A model generated the notes under the pieces. It did no database searches, was not told the DNA's origin, and was given only the letters and a program-made list of their open reading frames with translations. From contig OX597824.1 in assembly GCA_951406725.2 (NCBI GenBank), forward strand, positions 14,074,001 through 14,138,000: DNA of 64,000 nt, in the 5' to 3' direction. Below are positions 53,691-64,000 of the stretch, piece after piece. The translations under genes and the position numbers were made by a program. The stretch is from Octopus vulgaris. Taxonomy: Eukaryota. Within the stretch, counting starts at the first letter, position 1. Each line of letters begins with the position of its first letter.

Positions 53691-54992
53691 CAGGGTGCGA
53701 TGGGTAAATTGTCGCCATTTTGTATATATTTAATTTCACATATGCGTATTGTTTGTTTTTGATTTTGCCGACTATACTGTATAGTAGGGTTAGTTGGGCA
53801 CCACCTGTGAGAAAAATAGCGCCATGATGTTTTTCACTCTGCCAGAAATTTGGAAACGACATGCTGTACTACTTGGCATTCGCACTGGTAGCTCCAGTAC
53901 AAAAATTTCAGAGTGTTTGGATGTCAATCTGAGAACAGTGCAGAGAATTCAGAAAGAGTTGGATCAGTTTAATGGTGACTACAAAGGTACGGCAACACGG
54001 AATACTCACTCTGATCGTTCAGATAAGAAAAAAAATCCTGAATTTGTTGGTGAGATTCAAGCCATGATTGACAACGATCCCTCCTAGTGGATGAGGTCCA
54101 TCGCCAGGGACATGGAAGTGCCTGAGTTTCCTATCAGCCAGGTAGTGCATGAAGACATTCGGTATTCCTAATACAAGATGAAAATGGTCAATTTTTATCC
54201 CAAGCCATCAAGGACAAGAGGAAAGACCGCGCTGCGAAGCTTTTGAGCAAACTCAAACATCCCCTCCAACCGAACTTGCTTTGGTTTTTCTCAGACGAGA
54301 TAAATTTCTGCCAGGATCAGTTGATGAACACACAGAAAAACCGTTGGCTTGCCGTGTCCCCAAAATATATACCGAGAGTGATAAAAGCAAAACGTCCAGT
54401 CAACATTCTGGTGTTTAGAGTGATCACTAGTGATGGCGATGCTATGCCTCCATTCATCTTCCCACACGGCCTCAGACTCAGTACAGAGGTCTACATTGTG
54501 TGCCTGGAGGAGGTAGTACTGCCCTGGGTGAAGAGGGTGGCTGCTGGAAGACTCTATGTCTGGCAACAGGACACTGCACGATGCCACACAAGCAGGAGAA
54601 CCCAGTCATGGCTGTCAGACAGTTTCTGCGATCACATCACCCCTAACATCTGGCCACCTAGCTCCCCAGACTGCAACCCCCTTGGTTGTCATGTGTGGGT
54701 CACAGATGAGCGTGAGACCAACAAAACTCCTTGTACACCAAAATGTACTGACGGCAAGGATTATGGCAGCATTGACCAACTTAAAAAAGGAGACTGTCTA
54801 GAAGAGTTGCAAGAGATTCCGAAGTCGTCTGGAGGCCGTGATTGAAGCCAATGGCGATTTTACTGAATAAATATACTCTTTAGTATTTCAAGATATTTTT
54901 ATGTAATTTTGGTAAATATTTGTTAAAATGATATGTCAGTGATATTTTCATTTTTTTCGTAATTTAAACGACAATTTATTCACTGCATCCTG
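53691..54992 (+). mobile_element. Full-length but decayed Tc1/mariner element, DD37D (maT)-type
   Basis: TA-flanked TIRs CAGGGTGCG..TAAATTGTCG / CGACAATTTA..GCATCCTG; FFSDE, WQQD and WPPSSPDCNPL motifs; 37 residues from the second D to the third position (G here); stops and frameshifts. Confidence 0.88.
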
Positions 54993-55747
54993 TATATATA
55001 TATTCATACATACATTCATATACACATACACACACACACGCACATACGCACACGCGCGCGCGCGCAGACACACAATCATAATATAGGAACAAACAACCTT
55101 ACATACATTACATTTTTTCTTAAATCACCGATGAAGGGATGTACATCAAATCTACAAAAGGGCAGTTTTACATCAGTATATGAGAACATTTTCACAAACA
55201 ACCCCACCCAGTACAGTATATAACAAAAAATATACACCCATAGACCTATCCATACTCTCTGATGCCACAAAATTCCAGATTACGAAGGCACAATTCTCTA
55301 AGAACAGAGCTCTGTAGGCTGTGGACAATGCAAATAGTCTTTTTTTATGTCTGGAACAGTTATTTACCCATGTATCCTGCCACAATTAACCGTAAATTCG
55401 CCTGATGAAGAATCATGGACGTGAAAGCGCTTAGAATTTATGGCTAAGCAATAAATGTTAAACCACAACCAAGAATTTTCGTCAACAATTATTTGTAATG
55501 TCAATAGAGTTATTTGATTTTTTGATTTTTTTTTTTTTTTTTGATATGATATTTTGCTGTGAATTGCACATAACAGCATCGACGCACTGCTCACTGGAAA
55601 AACGCTTAAAATACTCGGACGCAATATGTGTGTGTTTGTATGCATGTATGTGTGTGTGTTTGTATGTGCGTAAGTATGTACAGGTATACATGTGTGTGTG
55701 TGTGAATACATATCTTCAAGCATATGTATGTATGTATATATATATAT

Positions 55748-55779
<32 letters not shown>

Positions 55780-55913
55780 GTGTATGTATTCATGTATATA
55801 TATTCATGTGTATGTATGTATGTATATAGTACACACATATGTATATGTATGTATATATTTCCTCTATTTACATAATATTGAGGTCTCTTTCTTTTGTTAT
55901 CTTATCGTTTTTA

Positions 55914-55958
<45 letters not shown>

Positions 55959-56430
55959 TATGTATATACATATATATATATACATACACGCACACACATA
56001 TATACATACACTATACATGCACGTATGTATGTACGCAGGTACGCATGCGTGCCAGCATGAATGCCATTGCATGCGTGGATTTGTATATCTTTGACTCATG
56101 CGTATGTTTACACGTCTACCCACGTGCGCGTGCATCTATTACACGCTAAATTAGAACGCTTCACATACTTTCACAGCGCCTTTAGATGGCTTGTAGCGGC
56201 AATTTCTTAATTACTTCTGGTTTTATGATGCCTTGCTGTTTTATGATTAGCACTGAAGCAATTAGTTGCGTATCCAAATATCTCGATTATTATCAAATGT
56301 CTCAATCTAATGTCGTTGTCCGGGTGGAGTAACTGCAGGTTTCTCGTGGATTCGGCAGAAATGTTTTCCTCTTTCACTAACATTTAACATTCAGCTAACA
56401 CCACTTAGCGAACAATAGATATTTACTACC

Positions 56431-56523
56431 ATGCACAGTTTATTTTTTCTCTTGTCTCCGATCATTATGTCTGGTCCGTTTGTGCTTGCATTTTTAACGC
56501 GATCTATTCTAAAATTATACACG
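56431..56523 (+). CDS. Putative first coding exon (signal peptide) of a downstream paralog
   Basis: ACCATG start; MHSLFFLLSPIIMSGPFVLA-FLTRSILKLYT; ACG|gtaagt phase-0 donor compatible with exon 62250. Confidence 0.6.
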
Positions 56524-56609
56524 GTAAGTATACATATAAATTGTATGGAGTTTTTTTTGTTTTAAGGATCCTTTTCGGTACAATCTCAATGCCTTTGCTC
56601 AAGTAAGCA

Positions 56610-56614
56610 ATCAT

Positions 56615-56651
<37 letters not shown>

Positions 56652-56691
56652 TTCCTCAAAATTACTATCATCGTCGACATCGTCATTGTCG

Positions 56692-56739
<48 letters not shown>

Positions 56740-56867
56740 CCATTATCATCATCACCACCATCATCATCATCATCATCATCATCACCATTATCATCACCAT
56801 CATCATCATCACCATCATCATCACCATCATCATCATCATCACCATCATCATCACCATCATCATCATC

Positions 56868-56913
<46 letters not shown>

Positions 56914-56929
56914 CCATTATCATCATCAC

Positions 56930-56962
<33 letters not shown>

Positions 56963-56975
56963 TACCACCACCACC

Positions 56976-57022
<47 letters not shown>

Positions 57023-57150
57023 CAAAATTACTATCATCGTCGTCATCGTCATTGTCGTTATCATCATCACCATCATCATCACCATCATCGCTATTTTATT
57101 AGCAGCGCTCTTAATATCATCATCATTATCTTCATTATTATCATCATCAA
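56610..57150. repeat. (CAT/CAC)n microsatellite
   Basis: Direct inspection. Confidence 0.95.
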
Positions 57151-57952
57151 TGTCCCCCAACAGCAACGACAAAAATTAACACTGTCGTCCTGATTGTCTC
57201 TCCTATGGCCACCATTTTACTGAATATTAACTTCTACCATCGTCTTCTTCCTTATCCTCTCCTCATCGTTGCTCATACATCATTTATCTTAACGTTCTCA
57301 TCGAGAACCATCGTTATCGATCCAACTAGCATTCAATCCGAGACCATGATTTATCATTAAAAAGTCATCGATTAATTAATTAATCGTCGAGATAATGACA
57401 GCCAACGCCGGCCCGACCCCTCCCGTCCGTTCGCTATTGTTACCACGACCATTACTTCCGCTCACCATCAGAGTATCTATCACACAAAAAATCTGACTCA
57501 TGTGCTTCTTGCTTGTTTACACAGGTAAGTGTCTGACTCAGCAGCATGGAACAACACCTGTCATTGTGAAAGCACAAATTGTAGAACGCGCCGATGTCGT
57601 TATTGGCTGGTATACGTATCTTTTTATTTGATTGTTTTCAGAGAGTCAACTGCGGCCATGCGAGGACACCGCTGTGAAGGGTTTAGCGGAACAAATCGAC
57701 ACTGGTGTCTGTCCATTTTGATTTTTTATAAATCTATCGGTCTCTCTTGCGGAATCGCTAGGTTACCAAATGCATAAAACAAACCAATACCAGCTGTCAA
57801 GTGGGGAATGGGGGTAACAAGACACAAAGACAAACACATACACACATACGTATATATGTGCGTGTGAGTGTGTATGAGTGTGTGTGCGTGCGTGCGTGTA
57901 CGTGAGTGTGTGTGTGCGTGCATGTGTGCATGTGTGTGTGCGTGTATCTGTG

Positions 57953-57999
<47 letters not shown>

Positions 58000-58069
58000 A
58001 AAAAATGAAGTTCGAAAATGCTGCTGTATTATACAATTTTTAATTTTTTCGTATACGAGCTAATCCTAT

Positions 58070-58112
<43 letters not shown>

Positions 58113-58162
58113 GGGAAAAAGTCAAGATAGAAAGTGCTAAAATAATTTTATACAAAACATTT

Positions 58163-58198
58163 CAGTACCGGTTTCAGTCATTGAGACTTTTTCAACTG
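58163..58198 (-). ncRNA. Degenerate hammerhead-like motif
   Basis: Minus strand: cag-TTGAAAA-agtc[tcaat]gact-GAAAC-cg-GTA-ctg; two departures from the CTGANGA core. Confidence 0.4.
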
Positions 58199-58319
58199 TA
58201 ACAATTAAATAATTAAATTTAGAAAAATTAAAAGAAAAGTTTTTTGAAGAATATTTGTATAGTGTTCAGATACAAGTGGCATTTTCCTTGTGTCTGCCTG
58301 TCTCTGTCTCTCTTGTTTA

Positions 58320-58437
<118 letters not shown>

Positions 58438-58464
58438 ATATATATATATATATGTGTGTATGTA

Positions 58465-58515
<51 letters not shown>

Positions 58516-58732
58516 CTTTTTTCACTCATTGAACTGAAGCCTTACTGGGGCACAGCCTTGAAAAATATTACTCTATTCTTCGATAAAATAAGCCTGGTAC
58601 TTATTCTATCGAGGCACAAACAAACCAACAGCGGCTATTGGAACTGAACGTGGAATCACATGCTTCAGAAGCGAGCATTTTACCATGCCGCCACGCCTGG
58701 GCAAATGCTTTATATATATACGGAAACTGAAA

Positions 58733-58766
<34 letters not shown>

Positions 58767-58853
58767 CGGTTCGGCAAAAGAGACCGATAGAATAATATAC
58801 AAAGAATATATATATATACATGAAACAAGTAAAAGAGTAAAAGAGTAAAAGAG

Positions 58854-58933
<80 letters not shown>

Positions 58934-58952
58934 CATATGTATATATATATAC

Positions 58953-59021
<69 letters not shown>

Positions 59022-59026
59022 ATATA

Positions 59027-59106
<80 letters not shown>

Positions 59107-59120
59107 TATACATACACACA

Positions 59121-59973
59121 CGCGTGGTCTGATCAATAAGTATCCGGACTGTTGCTATAATAACGAAGCTAAAATATGCTGTGTAAAACCGCTTGACACT
59201 GATTGACTCTGCTGTGCATGCACACTAAGTTTTAACGCTCTAGCTCACTTCCGCTGTTTACAGCAGTGCTTGGAAGGAAGGTGTGTAGCGTGTGATCGTC
59301 GCATTGACTATGACAGAGAAAGTTGAGCAGAGAATCTGCATCAAGTTTTGCCAAAAGCTTGGCGATACCTGCTCAGAGGTTTACGCAAAGTTTTCAGAAA
59401 GTTTTCCTCCTCGACACAATCAAGGAGATCTTGTGCAACTGAAACCCGAGTGTCCTTTTGGTCAGCTAACGCGGTTTTGGCAGACGCGTGTCTCATACCC
59501 AAATCTTCCGTGGTAATGGACTGAACTGAACCGTAGAAAATCTGCACATCCTCTGATAACTCACAGATGGTGATTCGACGATTTCCCCTCATAGCTGCAC
59601 GCACATCTGCGATATTTTTCTCAGTTCTGCTGGCTGCGGATCTCCTAGAATGTTCGTCAATATCGACATTTTTTCGGCCATCTTGGAAACGTCTGAATGA
59701 CTCATACTCTTGTGTGCGTCTCATACACTCCTCTCCATACACTTTGCGTCGGCCTCTGAGCAGGTATCGCCATGACAACTTTCTCTGTCATGATCAATAC
59801 GACGATCACCCCTTCATTCCAATCTCTGCTGCAAACAGCGGAAGTGAGCAAGAACGTTAAAACTTAGTGCACACGCACAGCAGAGTTGAAAGTCAATCTT
59901 TGCCAAGCAGCTTTACTTTCCGTGCTTTAGCTTCGTTTCTATGACAACAGTCCGGATACTTTTTGATCAGACC
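59121..59973. mobile_element. Mariner-derived element made of two left ends in inverted orientation
   Basis: GGTCTGATCAA.AAGTATCCGGACTGTTG at both ends; transposase start (MTEKVEQRICIKFCQKLG) present on both strands; HTH remnant in ORF 59341..59778(-). Confidence 0.8.
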
Positions 59974-60480
59974 TTGATCAGACATATTATCAAAAGCATT
60001 TCTGGCTTAACCGACAGGTCTTTTTGTATAGCTAAGGCTACATTGAGCAACATGTCATTTCGTGTTCAAAGCGCGATTTTAGAGGATCTGGTTGCTATCT
60101 CTGACCGATCGAGCAACCATTGGTTCCTAATCTCACGTGATCTTTCTATCGATAATGACCCCCAAAATGTTTTTAGAACAAGGATAAGCATACAATCTTC
60201 TATAAAGTGAATTGAGATTATCAGACAGAATAAACAAACGTTTTTATATTTGGCCTTGAATTCCAAGTGTGGGAAATATTATGAATGGTTGATAACAGTA
60301 ACTGCTTTTGCTGTGTGTATCAAACATACTAACAAATGCGAAAAAAATAATTGGTGTCATAGTCTAACCACAATTTCTATTTCTAAATAGCGACAAGGAT
60401 ACATGTATGTATAAGTATGTACGTTGGTATATATATACATACAAACACACATATACAAGAATATATATATATATACATAC

Positions 60481-60534
<54 letters not shown>

Positions 60535-62249
60535 TGCATATTTATACATACATACATACATACATACATACATACATACATACATACATACATACATACA
60601 TACATACATGTAAAGGTGCGTGGTCTTGAGATGAGGGTGTTACAAGTTTGTCGCACTCACGGTGTAGAGACCGTGGATTCGATTCCCGGACCGGGCGTGG
60701 CGTTGTGTTCTTGAGCAAAACACTTCATTGCACGCTGCCTCAGTCCGCTCAGCTGTCAATAGGTAACCCTGCGACAGATTAGCTTTCTGGATGTTGGTCT
60801 TACTCGCTTATTCGAAAGTTTAAACGATACAAAGCGCATTGTGACAGAATTTAGCTTTGATTTTTCGATCCTGCTTGACCGCTATAACCTAAGTGTCATT
60901 AATTTATTGGAGTAAGGCGGAGAGCTGGCAGAATCGTTAGAGTGCCAGACATAATGCTTAACGGCATTTCATCCATCCTTACGTTCTGAGTTCAAATTCC
61001 ACCGAGGGTGACTTTACCTTTCATCCTTTTGGGGTCCATAGAATATGTACCAGTTGATTGCTAGGGTCGATGTAATCGACTTGTCCCCTCTCCTAAAATT
61101 TCAGGCTTTGTACCTATAAGTAGAAAGTATTAATATGCTGGAGTAAGGCGGCACGCTGGCAGAACCGTTAGCGCCGTGGACAGAATGCTTGGCGGCATTT
61201 CTTCCAGTTTTATATTTCGAGTTCAAATCTGACCGGGGTCAACTTTGCCTTTCATCCTTTTGAGGTCAAATAAAATAACTACCAGTCAAACACTGGATTC
61301 GATATATATTTCTTTACTACCCACAAGGGGCTAAACACAGAGGGGACAAACAAGGACAGACAAACGGATTAAGTCGATTAGACCGACCCCAGTGTGTAAC
61401 TGGTACTTATTTAATCGACCCCGAAAGGATGAAAGGCAAAGTCGACCTCGGCAGAATTTGAACTCGGAACGTAACGACAGACGAAATACGGCTACGCATT
61501 TCGCCCAGCGTGCTAACGTTTCTGCCAGCTCGCCGCCTTCATCTGGATTCGATATAATTGATTCGCTGCCCAACACACATACATACACACACACACACAC
61601 ACACTTCAAAATTGCTGGCCTAATTCCAAAAATTAGAAAGAATTAATTATAGTGGAGCTGACTCGCTTGACTCCGTCGCAAATCGACAGCAAAAGTTATC
61701 GGTTTCACTTTTCCTTTTAACTTCTTTCGTTTGTACGGTTTTATTATCATCCTTTGAATAACTTCTCATTAGGTGGTGTCTCGGTGCGGCTGATGCTGAA
61801 TCGTGATACAACATTTCTCTCCTCCGTTTATTTGTAATATTCGAGCCACCGAGATTTATGACAGAAAATATTTCTTTTAAAAAAAAAAAATGCTTTTATT
61901 AGTCATGCACCCGAAAACTAAATGTTCAATTGCATGGAGTGTAAGGTTATACTTTGTACAAGGACACAGCAAGCGTGTGTAAAATTGTGGTTTATACAAG
62001 AACCAAATGGCTACAGCTATAATAATAGAACCAACAAAAACATCAAAAGGCGACAGTCTGGCAACTTCATTCCTCGAAAAAATCTCCTCCTTATAACAAT
62101 GAGCTAGAAGAGTTAAACAGTATTATTTTAAACGACTATTCATCTTTAGCTATTTAATTGTTTCCTTTCTTTATGCAAATGATTCAAAATGGAAGCAATT
62201 GGGAATATTCTTTTTCACTTTACTTATTCCTTATTCTATTTTATTTCAG

Positions 62250-62491
62250 GAACTTCCACCCAAAAAAGTTCCTCTGGTATGTAATTTATATACAAGTATG
62301 GAAGACACAAGGAGCTGCATAGATAGTCGCAAGGACTTCAATTGTTGCAGGCAAAAGTGGTCTGCCATTCTTAAAGTCCAGAACGGTAGTAATCCGGCAC
62401 CTATTGTAAATGTGACATCATCTATGTCGTCTGTAATTATAACCAATGAAAATCATACAGATAGTGCCTTCCTATACGAAGCAGAAATAAG
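62250..62491 (+). CDS. Exon paralogous to exon 30883-31124 (Cys-rich module)
   Basis: ttatttcag acceptor, AG|gtaagc donor; same 242-nt length and 0-2 phases; 29/80 identical residues ungapped by hand count, all 4 Cys and WSA kept. Confidence 0.88.
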
Positions 62492-62793
62492 GTAAGCAGT
62501 AAAACAATCTACATATATTTAATACCACACTGTACTTAAGTCTCTATCGATATTTTATAACTACTGTTTGTTTGGGTTTTTTTTTTTTTGTTTTTTTTTC
62601 CTTGTTTCAGTCATTTGACTGCGGCCATGCTGGAGCACCGCCTTTAATCGATCAACTCGACCCCGAGACTTATTCTTTTGTAAGCCCAGTACTTATTCTA
62701 TCAGTCTCTTTTGTCGAACCGCTAAGTGACGGGGACGTAAACACACCAGCATCGGTTGTCAAGCAATGCTAGGGGACAAACACAGACACACAA

Positions 62794-62826
<33 letters not shown>

Positions 62827-63240
62827 CATATATACGACGGGATTCTTTCAGTTTCCGTCTACCAAATCCACTCACAAGGCTTTGGTCGGCCAAAGGCTAT
62901 AGTAGAAGACACTTGCCCAAGATGCCACGCAGTGGGACTGAACCCGGAACCATGTGGTTGGTAAACAAGCTACTTACCACACAGCCACTCCTGCGCCTGG
63001 TTTTGTTTGGGTTTTTTTTTGTCTTTTTATAAATATGTTAAAAGAACCTAACCCTAACACTAAAGCAGGTGAAACACATAGGCGTAGGAGTGGTTGTGTG
63101 GTAAGTAGCTTGCTTACCAACCACATGGTTCCGGGTTCAGTCCTACTGCGTGGCACCTTGTGAAAGTGTCTTCTACTATAGCCTCGGACCGACCAAAGCC
63201 TTGCGAGTGGATTTGGTAGACGGAAACTGAAAGAAGCCCG

Positions 63241-63287
<47 letters not shown>

Positions 63288-63675
63288 TGTTTGTCTATGT
63301 TTATCCCCCAACATCGCTTAACAACCGATGCTGGTGTGTTTACGTCCCCGTCAATTAGCGGTTCGGCAAGAGAGACCGACAGAATAAGTACTAGGCTTAC
63401 AAAGAATAAGTCCTGGCTCCGATTTGCTCGACTAAAGGCGATGCTACAGCATGGCCACAGTCAAATGACTGAAACAAATAAAAGGGTAAAAGAGTAAAAG
63501 AGATTGGACAAGAAACGGGACAGCCTGGTGTAGATACTTATTGGCAAGAGCTACATGAAAAGTAAAAGAAATTGTTACAAGCAGGTTTCGTAAACAAATT
63601 AAACTGTGAAGTTGCATCTGTGGGACAACTCCAAAATGATTGGCGACCTTCGCTTCCTCATGCATATGTACATAC

Positions 63676-63717
<42 letters not shown>

Positions 63718-64000
63718 TTATATGCATATAAATGTGTATATATTAATACTGCTTTCATCGCTAATATTACATTCTAATAAGCCTGCTGGGTATTTGCGAC
63801 ATCAGTGACTGAAAATCACTGCTATGCTATATATCGTTGACAGCGAGATTCGGCTGGTATGCAGCAACCGGATGGCTGTCACTGAGGAAGCGCAGAACGC
63901 TGAAATCACGTGATGTTGCAGCACGAGCGCCCACGCCAGAGGCTTCCCGTCTGCTACGATAATTTGTCTATGCTTAACACCGTAGGTATGAGAGGACCTC

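Noticed and set aside
55402-55436. CTGATGA...GAAAGCGCTTA hammerhead-like string
   Set aside because: Stems I and II do not pair convincingly
57472-57524. Candidate 53-nt exon with a strong CAG|GTAAGT donor
   Set aside because: Read from the phase-0 donor at 56523 it ends in phase 2, incompatible with exon 62250; no partner exon or homology found

Overview
Repeat-rich animal genomic DNA. The SINE families and microsatellite load suggest an octopus; this is inferred from memory of those repeats, not from a search. There is one 100-N gap at 259-358. The + strand carries the last 14 exons (2142-42174, ~693 codons, all GT-AG and phase-compatible by hand splicing) of a VWA7/hemicentin-type von Willebrand A domain gene. 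That gene ends in a GPI-signal-like tail and has one in-frame TAG at 4275-4277. Downstream are a signal-peptide exon (56431-56523) and a same-length paralog (62250-62491) of the gene's Cys-rich exon, with no VWA exons seen between them. Introns hold tRNA-derived SINEs and Penelope, Tx1, RTE, CR1/L2 and RLE-type LINE fragments, plus Tc1/mariner elements, Helitrons and MITEs. The most striking non-coding element is a 360-bp near-identical tandem repeat (21122-21914). Each full unit holds a minus-strand hammerhead ribozyme next to a sequence complementary to its catalytic core, making it a retrozyme/circular-RNA candidate. Several other Penelope-type hammerhead motifs are scattered through the window.
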